From: Auanema rhodensis
Lineage: Eukaryota; Animalia; Nematoda
Assembly: GCA_964057225.1 (NCBI GenBank)
Contig: OZ059894.1
Coordinates: 3,906,001 to 3,970,000, forward strand
Length of the DNA: 64,000 nucleotides
Reading direction: 5' to 3'
In this document: piece by piece, positions 25,928 through 40,100 of the stretch
How positions within the stretch are numbered: the first letter of the stretch is position 1
How the letters are laid out: every line of letters starts with the position of its first letter
Program-made: the position numbers and the translations under genes
The notes under the pieces: generated by a model
What the model was told of the DNA's origin: nothing
What the model saw: the letters and a program-made list of their open reading frames with translations, nothing else
Databases searched by the model: none

Positions 25928-28900
25928 CTCGATTTTCACCCTGAAGGAATAATTTTTTCGTTGAATAACATTGTCCATCGTCTTTGCCTTGAAAAATGGA
26001 ATCTAAAAACATCTACTTTTTGCTAAATTATTTTTAAATTTTTCGAAAAAATTTTTGTCAAAATGTTTTTGGAAGCAATGTTGAGTGTACATGGAAACTC
26101 AACATACACTAATGCATCATTTTTCAAACGATCATAACTAATTTTTGTATCAAGCGTTTCTCAATGTAGTTTAGTGCATTCGATGCGGATTTTTAAGCTG
26201 CGTCGATCTGTGTTATCAGATTTGCGCTAGCTTAAAAATGCACCGAGATATCAACTGATATAAGTTCACACTTCCTGAAGGAATGATTTTTTCGTTGAAT
26301 AACATTGTCCATCGTCTTTGCCTTGAAAAATGGAATCTAAAAACATCTACTTTTTGCTAAATTATTTTGAAATTTTTCGAAAAAATTTTTGTCAAAATGT
26401 TTTTGGAAGCAATGTTGAGTGTACATGGAAACTCAACATACACTAATGCATCATTTTTCAAACGATCATAACTAATTTTTGTATCAAGCGTTTCTCAATG
26501 TAGTTTAGTGCATTCGATGCGGATTTTTAAGCTGCGTCGATCTGTGTTATCAGATTTGCGCTAGCTTAAAAATGCACCGAGATATCAACTGATATAAGTT
26601 CACACTTATATCCTCGATTTTCACCCTGAAGGAATAATTTTTTCGTTGAATAACATTGTCCATCGTCTTTGCCTTGAAAAATGGAATCTAAAAACATCTA
26701 CTTTTTGCTAAATTATTTTTAAATTTTTCGAAAAAATTTTTGTCAAAATGTTTTTGGAAGCAATGTTGAGTGTACATGGAAACTCAACATACACTAATGC
26801 ATCATTTTTCAAACGATCATAACTAATTTTTGTATCAAGCGTTTCTCAATGTAGTTTAGTGCATTCGATGCGGATTTTTAAGCTGCGTCGATCTGTGTTA
26901 TCCGATTTGCGCTAGCTTAAAAATGCACCGAGATATCAACTGATATAAGTTCACACTTCCTGAAGGAATGATTTTTTCGTTGAATAACATTGTCCATCGT
27001 CTTTGCCATGAAAAAAGGAATCTAAAAACATCTACTTTTCGCTAAATTATTTTGAAATTTTTCGAAAAAATTTTTGTCAAAATGTTTTTGGAAGCATTGT
27101 TGAGTGTACATGGAAACTCAACATACACTAATGCATCATTTTTCAAACGATCATAACTAATTTTTGTATCAAGCGTTTCTCAATGTAGTTTAGTGCATTC
27201 GATGCGGATTTTTAAGCTGCGTCGATCTGTGTTATCAGATTTGCGCTAGCTTAAAAATGCACCGAGATATCAACTGATATAAGTTCACACTTATATCCTC
27301 GATTTTCACCCTGAAGGAATAATTTTTTCGTTGAATAACATTGTCCATCGTCTTTGCCTTGAAAAATGGAATCTAAAAACATCTACTTTTTGCTAAATTA
27401 TTTTTAAATTTTTCGAAAAAATTTTTGTCAAAATGTTTTTGGAAGCAATGTTGAGTGTACATGGAAACTCAACATACACTAATGCATCATTTTTCAAACG
27501 ATCATAACTAATTTTTGTATCAAGCGTTTCTCAATGTAGTTTAGTGCATTCGATGCGGATTTTTAAGCTGCGTCGATCTGTGTTATCCGATTTGCGCTAG
27601 CTTAAAAATGCACCGAGATATCAACTGATATAAGTTCACACTTCCTGAAGGAATGATTTTTTCGTTGAATAACATTGTCCATCGTCTTTGCCATGAAAAA
27701 AGGAATCTAAAAACATCTACTTTTCGCTAAATTATTTTGAAATTTTTCGAAAAAATTTTTGTCAAAATGTTTTTGGAAGCATTGTTGAGTGTACATGGAA
27801 ACTCAACATACACTAATGCATCATTTTTCAAACGATCATAACTAATTTTTGTATCAAGCGTTTCTCAATGTAGTTTAGTGCATTCGATGCGGATTTTTAA
27901 GCTGCGTCGATCTGTGTTATCAGATTTGCGCTAGCTTAAAAATGCACCGAGATATCAACTGATATAAGTTCACACTTATATCCTCGATTTTCACCCTGAA
28001 GGAATAATTTTTTCGTTGAATAACATTGTCCATCGTCTTTGCCTTGAAAAATGGAATCTAAAAACATCTACTTTTTGCTAAATTATTTTGAAATTTTTCG
28101 AAAAAATTTTTGTCAAAATGTTTTTGGAAGCAATGTTGAGTGTACATGGAAACTCAACATACACTAATGCATCATTTTTCAAACGATCATAACTAATTTT
28201 TGTATCAAGCGTTTCTCAATGTAGTTTAGTGCATTCGATGCGGATTTTTAAGCTGCGTCGATCTGTGTTATCAGATTTGCGCTAGCTTAAAAATGCACCG
28301 AGATATCAACTGATATAAGTTCACACTTATATCCTCGATTTTCACCCTGAAGGAATGATTTTTTCGTTGAATAACATTGTCCATCGTCTTTGCCATGAAA
28401 AAAGGAATCTAAAAACATCTACTTTTTGCTAAATTATTTTGAAATTTTTCGAAAAAATTTTTGTCAAAATGTTTTTGGAAGCATTGTTGAGTGTACATGG
28501 AAACTCAACATACACTAATGCATCATTTTTCAAACGATCATAACTAATTTTTGTATCAAGCGTTTCTCAATGTAGTTTAGTGCATTCGATGCGGATTTTT
28601 AAGCTGCGTCGATCTGTGTTATCCGATTTGCGCTAGCTTAAAAATGCACCGAGATATCAACTGATATAAGTTCACACTTCCTGAAGGAATGATTTTTTCG
28701 TTGAATAACATTGTCCATCGTCTTTGCCATGAAAAAAGGAATCTAAAAACATCTACTTTTCGCTAAATTATTTTGAAATTTTTCGAAAAAATTTTTGTCA
28801 AAATGTTTTTGGAAGCATTGTTGAGTGTACATGGAAACTCAACATACACTAATGCATCATTTTTCAAACGATCATAACTAATTTTTGTATCAAGCGTTTC

Positions 28901-31900
28901 TCAATGTAGTTTAGTGCATTCGATGCGGATTTTTAAGCTGCGTCGATCTGTGTTATCAGATTTGCGCTAGCTTAAAAATGCACCGAGATATCAACTGATA
29001 TAAGTTCACACTTATATCCTCGATTTTCACCCTGAAGGAATAATTTTTTCGTTGAATAACATTGTCCATCGTCTTTGCCTTGAAAAATGGAATCTAAAAA
29101 CATCTACTTTTTGCTAAATTATTTTTAAATTTTTCGAAAAAATTTTTGTCAAAATGTTTTTGGAAGCAATGTTGAGTGTACATGGAAACTCAACATACAC
29201 TAATGCATCATTTTTCAAACGATCATAACTAATTTTTGTATCAAGCGTTTCTCAATGTAGTTTAGTGCATTCGATGCGGATTTTTAAGCTGCGTCGATCT
29301 GTGTTATCCGATTTGCGCTAGCTTAAAAATGCACCGAGATATCAACTGATATAAGTTCACACTTCCTGAAGGAATGATTTTTTCGTTGAATAACATTGTC
29401 CATCGTCTTTGCCATGAAAAAAGGAATCTAAAAACATCTACTTTTCGCTAAATTATTTTGAAATTTTTCGAAAAAATTTTTGTCAAAATGTTTTTGGAAG
29501 CATTGTTGAGTGTACATGGAAACTCAACATACACTAATGCATCATTTTTCAAACGATCATAACTAATTTTTGTATCAAGCGTTTCTCAATGTAGTTTAGT
29601 GCATTCGATGCGGATTTTTAAGCTGCGTCGATCTGTGTTATCAGATTTGCGCTAGCTTAAAAATGCACCGAGATATCAACTGATATAAGTTCACACTTAT
29701 ATCCTCGATTTTCACCCTGAAGGAATAATTTTTTCGTTGAATAACATTGTCCATCGTCTTTGCCTTGAAAAATGGAATCTAAAAACATCTACTTTTTGCT
29801 AAATTATTTTGAAATTTTTCGAAAAAATTTTTGTCAAAATGTTTTTGGAAGCAATGTTGAGTGTACATGGAAACTCAACATACACTAATGCATCATTTTT
29901 CAAACGATCATAACTAATTTTTGTATCAAGCGTTTCTCAATGTAGTTTAGTGCATTCGATGCGGATTTTTAAGCTGCGTCGATCTGTGTTATCAGATTTG
30001 CGCTAGCTTAAAAATGCACCGAGATATCAACTGATATAAGTTCACACTTATATCCTCGATTTTCACCCTGAAGGAATGATTTTTTCGTTGAATAACATTG
30101 TCCATCGTCTTTGCCATGAAAAAAGGAATCTAAAAACATCTACTTTTTGCTAAATTATTTTGAAATTTTTCGAAAAAATTTTTGTCAAAATGTTTTTGGA
30201 AGCATTGTTGAGTGTACATGGAAACTCAACATACACTAATGCATCATTTTTCAAACGATCATAACTAATTTTTGTATTAAGCGTTTCTCAATGTAGTATA
30301 GTGCATTCGATGCGGATTTTTAAGCTGCGTCGATCTGTGTTATCAGATTTGCGCTAGCTTAAAAATGCACCGAGATATCAACTGATATAAGTTCACACTT
30401 ATATCCTCGATTTTCACCCTGAAGGAATAATTTTTTCGTTGAATAACATTGTCCATCGTCTTTGCCTTGAAAAATGGAATCTAAAAACATCTACTTTTTG
30501 CTAAATTATTTTTAAATTTTTCGAAAAAATTTTTGTCAAAATGTTTTTGGAAGCAATGTTGAGTGTACATGGAAACTCAACATACACTAATGCATCATTT
30601 TTCAAACGATCATAACTAATTTTTGTATCAAGCGTTTCTCAATGTAGTTTAGTGCATTCGATGCGGATTTTTAAGCTGCGTCGATCTGTGTTATCAGATT
30701 TGCGCTAGCTTAAAAATGCACCGAGATATCAACTGATATAAGTTCACACTTCCTGAAGGAATGATTTTTTCGTTGAATAACATTGTCCATCGTCTTTGCC
30801 ATGAAAAAAGGAATCTAAAAACATCTACTTTTCGCTAAATTATTTTGAAATTTTTCGAAAAAATTTTTGTCAAAATGTTTTTGGAAGCATTGTTGAGTGT
30901 ACATGGAAACTCAACATACACTAATGCATCATTTTTCAAACGATCATAACTAATTTTTGTATTAAGCGTTTCTCAATGTAGTATAGTGCATTCGATGCGG
31001 ATTTTTAAGCTGCGTCGATCTGTGTTATCAGATTTGCGCTAGCTTAAAAATGCACCGAGATATCAACTGATATAAGTTCACACTTATATCCTCGATTTTC
31101 ACCCTGAAGGAATAATTTTTTCGTTGAATAACATTGTCCATCGTCTTTGCCTTGAAAAATGGAATCTAAAAACATCTACTTTTTGCTAAATTATTTTTAA
31201 ATTTTTCGAAAAAATTTTTGTCAAAATGTTTTTGGAAGCAATGTTGAGTGTACATGGAAACTCAACATACACTAATGCATCATTTTTCAAACGATCATAA
31301 CTAATTTTTGTATCAAGCGTTTCTCAATGTAGTTTAGTGCATTCGATGCAGATTTTTAAGCTGCGTCGATCTGTGTTATCAGATTTGCGCTAGCTTAAAA
31401 ATGCACCGAGATATCAACTGATATAAGTTCACACTTCCTGAAGGAATGATTTTTTCGTTGAATAACATTGTCCATCGTCTTTGCCATGAAAAAAGGAATC
31501 TAAAAACATCTACTTTTCGCTAAATTATTTTGAAATTTTTCGAAAAAATTTTTGTCAAAATGTTTTTGGAAGCATTGTTGAGTGTACATGGAAACTCAAC
31601 ATACACTAATGCATCATTTTTCAAACGATCATAACTAATTTTTGTATCAAGCGTTTCTCAATGTAGTTTAGTGCATTCGATGCGGATTTTTAAGCTGCGT
31701 CGATCTGTGTTATCAGATTTGCGCTAGCTTAAAAATGCACCGAGATATCAACTGATATAAGTTCACACTTATATCCTCGATTTTCACCCTGAAGGAATAA
31801 TTTTTTCGTTGAATAACATTGTCCATCGTCTTTGCCTTGAAAAATGGAATCTAAAAACATCTACTTTTTGCTAAATTATTTTGAAATTTTTCGAAAAAAT

Positions 31901-34198
31901 TTTTGTCAAAATGTTTTTGGAAGCAATGTTGAGTGTACATGGAAACTCAACATACACTAATGCATCATTTTTCAAACGATCATAACTAATTTTTGTATCA
32001 AGCGTTTCTCAATGTAGTTTAGTGCATTCGATGCGGATTTTTAAGCTGCGTCGATCTGTGTTATCAGATTTGCGCTAGCTTAAAAATGCACCGAGATATC
32101 AACTGATATAAGTTCACACTTATATCCTCGATTTTCACCCTGAAGGAATAATTTTTTCGTTGAATAACATTGTCCATCGTCTTTGCCTTGAAAAATGGAA
32201 TCTAAAAACATCTACTTTTTGCTAAATTATTTTTAAATTTTTCGAAAAAATTTTTGTCAAAATGTTTTTGGAAGCAATGTTGAGTGTACATGGAAACTCA
32301 ACATACACTAATGCATCATTTTTCAAACGATCATAACTAATTTTTGTATCAAGCGTTTCTCAATGTAGTTTAGTGCATTCGATGCGGATTTTTAAGCTGC
32401 GTCGATCTGTGTTATCCGATTTGCGCTAGCTTAAAAATGCACCGAGATATCAACTGATATAAGTTCACACTTCCTGAAGGAATGATTTTTTCGTTGAATA
32501 ACATTGTCCATCGTCTTTGCCATGAAAAAAGGAATCTAAAAACATCTACTTTTCGCTAAATTATTTTGAAATTTTTCGAAAAAATTTTTGTCAAAATGTT
32601 TTTGGAAGCATTGTTGAGTGTACATGGAAACTCAACATACACTAATGCATCATTTTTCAAACGATCATAACTAATTTTTGTATCAAGCGTTTCTCAATGT
32701 AGTTTAGTGCATTCGATGCGGATTTTTAAGCTGCGTCGATCTGTGTTATCAGATTTGCGCTAGCTTAAAAATGCACCGAGATATCAACTGATATAAGTTC
32801 ACACTTATATCCTCGATTTTCACCCTGAAGGAATAATTTTTTCGTTGAATAACATTGTCCATCGTCTTTGCCTTGAAAAATGGAATCTAAAAACATCTAC
32901 TTTTTGCTAAATTATTTTGAAATTTTTCGAAAAAATTTTTGTCAAAATGTTTTTGGAAGCAATGTTGAGTGTACATGGAAACTCAACATACACTAATGCA
33001 TCATTTTTCAAACGATCATAACTAATTTTTGTATCAAGCGTTTCTCAATGTAGTTTAGTGCATTCGATGCGGATTTTTAAGCTGCGTCGATCTGTGTTAT
33101 CAGATTTGCGCTAGCTTAAAAATGCACCGAGATATCAACTGATATAAGTTCACACTTATATCCTCGATTTTCACCCTGAAGGAATGATTTTTTCGTTGAA
33201 TAACATTGTCCATCGTCTTTGCCATGAAAAAAGGAATCTAAAAACATCTACTTTTTGCTAAATTATTTTGAAATTTTTCGAAAAAATTTTTGTCAAAATG
33301 TTTTTGGAAGCATTGTTGAGTGTACATGGAAACTCAACATACACTAATGCATCATTTTTCAAACGATCATAACTAATTTTTGTATTAAGCGTTTCTCAAT
33401 GTAGTATAGTGCATTCGATGCGGATTTTTAAGCTGCGTCGATCTGTGTTATCAGATTTGCGCTAGCTTAAAAATGCACCGAGATATCAACTGATATAAGT
33501 TCACACTTATATCCTCGATTTTCACCCTGAAGGAATAATTTTTTCGTTGAATAACATTGTCCATCGTCTTTGCCTTGAAAAATGGAATCTAAAAACATCT
33601 ACTTTTTGCTAAATTATTTTTAAATTTTTCGAAAAAATTTTTGTCAAAATGTTTTTGGAAGCAATGTTGAGTGTACATGGAAACTCAACATACACTAATG
33701 CATCATTTTTCAAACGATCATAACTAATTTTTGTATTAAGCGTTTCTCAATGTAGTTTAGTGCATTCGATGCGGATTTTTAAGCTGCGTCGATCTGTGTT
33801 ATCAGATTTGCGCTAGCTTAAAAATGCACCGAGATATCAACTGATATAAGTTCACACTTCCTGAAGGAATGATTTTTTCGTTGAATAACATTGTCCATCG
33901 TCTTTGCCATGAAAAAAGGAATCTAAAAACATCTACTTTTCGCTAAATTATTTTGAAATTTTTCGAAAAAATTTTTGTCAAAATGTTTTTGGAAGCATTG
34001 TTGAGTGTACATGGAAACTCAACATACACTAATGCATCATTTTTCAAACGATCATAACTAATTTTTGTATTAAGCGTTTCTCAATGTAGTATAGTGCATT
34101 CGATGCGGATTTTTAAGCTGCGTCGATCTGTGTTATCAGATTTGCGCTAGCTTAAAAATGCACCGAGATATCAACTGATATAAGTTCACACTTATATC
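25928..34198. repeat. Domain rich in 685-bp dimers carrying the 17-bp junction deletion
   Basis: CACACTT|CCTGAAGGAATGA junctions after 26273, 26958, 27643, 28679, 29364, 30751, 31436, 32472 and 33859 (9 of the 18 in the window). Confidence 0.92.
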
Positions 34199-37100
34199 CT
34201 CGATTTTCACCCTGAAGGAATAATTTTTTTTGTTGAATAACATTGTCCATCGTCTTTGCCTTGAAAAATGGAATCTAAAAACATCTACTTTTTGCTAAAT
34301 TATTTTGAAATTTTTCGAAAAAATTTTTGTCAAAATGTTTTTGGAAGCAATGTTGAGTGTACATGGAAACTCAACATACACTAATGCATCATTTTTCAAA
34401 CGATCATAACTAATTTTTGTATCAAGCGTTTCTCAATGTAGTTTAGTGCATTCGATGCGGATTTTTAAGCTGCGTCGATCTGTGTTATCAGATGTGCGCT
34501 AGCTTAAAAATGCACCGAGATATCAACTGATATAAGTTCACACTTATATCCTCGATTTTCACCCTGAAGGAATAATTTTTTCGTTGAATAACATTGTCCA
34601 TCGTCTTTGCCTTGAAAAATGAAATCTAAAAACATCTACTTTTTGCTAAATTATTTTGAAATTTTTCGAAAAAATTTTTGTCAAAATGTTTTTGGAAGCA
34701 ATGTTGAGTGTACATGGAAACTCAACATACACTAATGCATCATTTTTCAAACGATCATAACTAATTTTTGTATTAAGCGTTCTTCAATGTAGTATAGTGC
34801 ATTCGATGCGGATTTTTAAGCTGCGTCGATCTGTGTTATCAGATGTGCGCTAGCTTAAAAATGCACCGAGATATCAACTGATATAAGTTCACACTTATAT
34901 CCTCGATTTTCACCCTGAAGGAATAATTTTTTTTGTTGAATAACATTGTCCATCGTCTTTGCCTTGAAAAATGGAATCTAAAAACATCTACTTTTTGCTA
35001 AATTATTTTGAAATTTTTCGAAAAAATTTTTGTCAAAATGTTTTTGGAAGCAATGTTGAGTGTACATGGAAACTCAACATACACTAATGCATCATTTTTC
35101 AAACGATCATAACTAATTTTTGTATCAAGCGTTTCTCAATGTAGTTTAGTGCATTCGATGCGGATTTTTAAGCTGCGTCGATCTGTGTTATCAGATGTGC
35201 GCTAGCTTAAAAATGCACCGAGATATCAACTGATATAAGTTCACACTTATATCCTCGATTTTCACCCTGAAGGAATAATTTTTTCGTTGAATAACATTGT
35301 CCATCGTCTTTGCCTTGAAAAATGGAATCTAAAAACATCTACTTTTTGCTAAATTATTTTGAAATTTTTCGAAAAAATTTTTGTCAAAATGTTTTTGGAA
35401 GCAATGTTGAGTGTACATGGAAACTCAACATACACTAATGCATCATTTTTCAAACGATCATAACTAATTTTTGTATCAAGCGTTTCTCAATGTAGTTTAG
35501 TGCATTCGATGCGGATTTTTAAGCTGCGTCGATCTGTGTTATCAGATTTGCGCTAGCTTAAAAATGCACCGAGATATCAACTGATATAAGTTCACACTTA
35601 TATCCTCGATTTTCACCCTGAAGGAATAATTTTTTCGTTGAATAACATTGTCCATCGTCTTTGCCTTGAAAAATGGAATCTAAAAACATCTACTTTTTGC
35701 TAAATTATTTTGAAATTTTTCGAAAAAATTTTTGTCAAAATGTTTTTGGAAGCAATGTTGAGTGTACATGGAAACTCAACATACACTAATGCATCATTTT
35801 TCAAACGATCATAACTAATTTTTGTATCAAGCGTTTCTCAATGTAGTTTAGTGCATTCGATGCGGATTTTTAAGCTGCGTCGATCTGTGTTATCAGATTT
35901 GCGCTAGCTTAAAAATGCACCGAGATATCAACTGATATAAGTTCACACTTATATCCTCGATTTTCACCCTGAAGGAATAATTTTTTCGTTGAATAACATT
36001 GTCCATCGTCTTTGCCTTGAAAAATGGAATCTAAAAACATCTACTTTTTGCTAAATTATTTTGAAATTTTTCGAAAAAATTTTTGTCAAAATGTTTTTGG
36101 AAGCAATGTTGAGTGTACATGGAAACTCAACATACACTAATGCATCATTTTTCAAACGATCATAACTAATTTTTGTATCAAGCGTTTCTCAATGTAGTTT
36201 AGTGCATTCGATGCGGATTTTTAAGCTGCGTCGATCTGTGTTATCAGATTTGCGCTAGCTTAAAAATGCACCGAGATATCAACTGATATAAGTTCACACT
36301 TATATCCTCGATTTTCACCCTGAAGGAATAATTTTTTCGTTGAATAACATTGTCCATCGTCTTTGCCTTGAAAAATGGAATCTAAAAACATCTACTTTTT
36401 GCTAAATTATTTTTAAATTTTTCGAAAAAATTTTTGTCAAAATGTTTTTGGAAGCAATGTTGAGTGTACATGGAAACTCAACATACACTAATGCATCATT
36501 TTTCAAACGATCATAACTAATTTTTGTATCAAGCGTTTCTCAATGTAGTTTAGTGCATTCGATGCGGATTTTTAAGCTGCGTCGATCTGTGTTATCAGAT
36601 TTGCGCTAGCTTAAAAATGCACCGAGATATCAACTGATATAAGTTCACACTTCCTGAAGGAATGATTTTTTCGTTGAATAACATTGTCCATCGTCTTTGC
36701 CATGAAAAAAGGAATCTAAAAACATCTACTTTTCGCTAAATTATTTTGAAATTTTTCGAAAAAATTTTTGTCAAAATGTTTTTGGAAGCATTGTTGAGTG
36801 TACATGGAAACTCAACATACACTAATGCATCATTTTTCAAACGATCATAACTAATTTTTGTATTAAGCGTTTCTCAATGTAGTATAGTGCATTCGATGCG
36901 GATTTTTAAGCTGCGTCGATCTGTGTTATCAGATTTGCGCTAGCTTAAAAATGCACCGAGATATCAACTGATATAAGTTCACACTTATATCCTCGATTTT
37001 CACCCTGAAGGAATAATTTTTTTTGTTGAATAACATTGTCCATCGTCTTTGCCTTGAAAAATGGAATCTAAAAACATCTACTTTTTGCTAAATTATTTTG

Positions 37101-40100
37101 AAATTTTTCGAAAAAATTTTTGTCAAAATGTTTTTGGAAGCAATGTTGAGTGTACATGGAAACTCAACATACACTAATGCATCATTTTTCAAACGATCAT
37201 AACTAATTTTTGTATCAAGCGTTTCTCAATGTAGTTTAGTGCATTCGATGCGGATTTTTAAGCTGCGTCGATCTGTGTTATCAGATGTGCGCTAGCTTAA
37301 AAATGCACCGAGATATCAACTGATATAAGTTCACACTTATATCCTCGATTTTCACCCTGAAGGAATAATTTTTTCGTTGAATAACATTGTCCATCGTCTT
37401 TGCCTTGAAAAATGAAATCTAAAAACATCTACTTTTTGCTAAATTATTTTGAAAATTTTCGAAAAAATTTTTGTCAAAATGTTTTTGGAAGCAATGTTGA
37501 GTGTACATGGAAACTCAACATACACTAATGCATCATTTTTCAAACGATCATAACTAATTTTTGTATTAAGCGTTCTTCAATGTAGTATAGTGCATTCGAT
37601 GCGGATTTTTAAGCTGCGTCGATCTGTGTTATCAGATTTGCGCTAGCTTAAAAATGCACCGAGATATCAACTGATATAAGTTCACACTTATATCCTCGAT
37701 TTTCACCCTGAAGGAATAATTTTTTCGTTGAATAACATTGTCCATCGTCTTTGCCTTGAAAAATGGAATCTAAAAACATCTACTTTTTGCTAAATTATTT
37801 TGAAATTTTTCGAAAAAATTTTTGTCAAAATGTTTTTGGAAGCAATGTTGAGTGTACATGGAAACTCAACATACACTAATGCATCATTTTTCAAACGATC
37901 ATAACTAATTTTTTTATTAAGCGTTTCTCAATGTAGTATAGTGCATTCGATGCAGATTTTTAAGCTGCGTCGATCTGTGTTATCAGATTTGCGCTAGCTT
38001 AAAAATGCACCGAGATATCAACTGATATAAGTTCACACTTATATCCTCGATTTTCACCCTGAAGGAATAATTTTTTCGTTGAATAACTTTGTCCATCGTC
38101 TTTGCCTTGAAAAATGGAATCTAAAAACATCTACTTTTTGCTAAATTATTTTGAAATTTTTCGAAAAAATTTTTGTCAAAATGTTTTTGGAAGCAATGTT
38201 GAGTGTACATGGAAACTCAACATACACTAATGCATCATTTTTCAAACGATCATAACTAATTTTTGTATCAAGCGTTTCTCAATGTAGTTTAGTGCATTCG
38301 ATGCGGATTTTTAAGCTGCGTCGATCTGTGTTATCAGATTTGCGCTAGCTTAAAAATGCACCGAGATATCAACTGATATAAGTTCACACTTATATCCTCG
38401 ATTTTCACCCTGAAGGAATGATTTTTTCGTTGAATAACATTGTCCATCGTCTTTGCCATGAAAAAAGGAATCTAAAAACATCTACTTTTTGCTAAATTAT
38501 TTTGAAATTTTTCGAAAAAATTTTTGTCAAAATGTTTTTGGAAGCATTGTTGAGTGTACATGGAAACTCAACATACACTAATGCATCATTTTTCAAACGA
38601 TCATAACTAATTTTTGTATTAAGCGTTTCTCAATGTAGTATAGTGCATTCGATGCGGATTTTTAAGCTGCGTCGATCTGTGTTATCAGATTTGCGCTAGC
38701 TTAAAAATGCACCGAGATATCAACTGATATAAGTTCACACTTATATCCTCGATTTTCACCCTGAAGGAATAATTTTTTCGTTGAATAACATTGTCCATCG
38801 TCTTTGCCTTGAAAAATGGAATCTAAAAACATCTACTTTTTGCTAAATTATTTTGAAATTTTTCGAAAAAATTTTTGTCAAAATGTTTTTGGAAGCAATG
38901 TTGAGTGTACATGGAAACTCAACATACACTAATGCATCATTTTTCAAACGATCATAACTAATTTTTGTATCAAGCGTTTCTCAATGTAGTTTAGTGCATT
39001 CGATGCGGATTTTTAAGCTGCGTCGATCTGTGTTATCAGATTTGCGCTAGCTTAAAAATGCACCGAGATATCAACTGATATAAGTTCACACTTATATCCT
39101 CGATTTTCACCCTGAAGGAATGATTTTTTCGTTGAATAACATTGTCCATCGTCTTTGCCATGAAAAAAGGAATCTAAAAACATCTACTTTTTGCTAAATT
39201 ATTTTGAAATTTTTCGAAAAAATTTTTGTCAAAATGTTTTTGGAAGCATTGTTGAGTGTACATGGAAACTCAACATACACTAATGCATCATTTTTCAAAC
39301 GATCATAACTAATTTTTGTATTAAGCGTTTCTCAATGTAGTATAGTGCATTCGATGCGGATTTTTAAGCTGCGTCGATCTGTGTTATCAGATTTGCGCTA
39401 GCTTAAAAATGCACCGAGATATCAACTGATATAAGTTCACACTTATATCCTCGATTTTCACCCTGAAGGAATAATTTTTTCGTTGAATAACATTGTCCAT
39501 CGTCTTTGCCTTGAAAAATGGAATCTAAAAACATCTACTTTTTGCTAAATTATTTTGAAATTTTTCGAAAAAATTTTTGTCAAAATGTTTTTGGAAGCAA
39601 TGTTGAGTGTACATGGAAACTCAACATACACTAATGCATCATTTTTCAAACGATCATAACTAATTTTTGTATTAAGCGTTCTTCAATGTAGTATAGTGCA
39701 TTCGATGCGGATTTTTAAGCTGCGTCGATCTGTGTTATCAGATTTGCGCTAGCTTAAAAATGCACCGAGATATCAACTGATATAAGTTCACACTTATATC
39801 CTCGATTTTCACCCTGAAGGAATAATTTTTTCGTTGAATAACATTGTCCATCGTCTTTGCCTTGAAAAATGGAATCTAAAAACATCTACTTTTTGCTAAA
39901 TTATTTTGAAATTTTTCGAAAAAATTTTTGTCAAAATGTTTTTGGAAGCAATGTTGAGTGTACATGGAAACTCAACATACACTAATGCATCATTTTTCAA
40001 ACGATCATAACTTATTTTTGTATCAAGCGTTTCTCAATGTAGTTTAGTGCATTCGATGCGGATTTTTAAGCTGCGTCGATCTGTGTTATCAGATTTGCGC

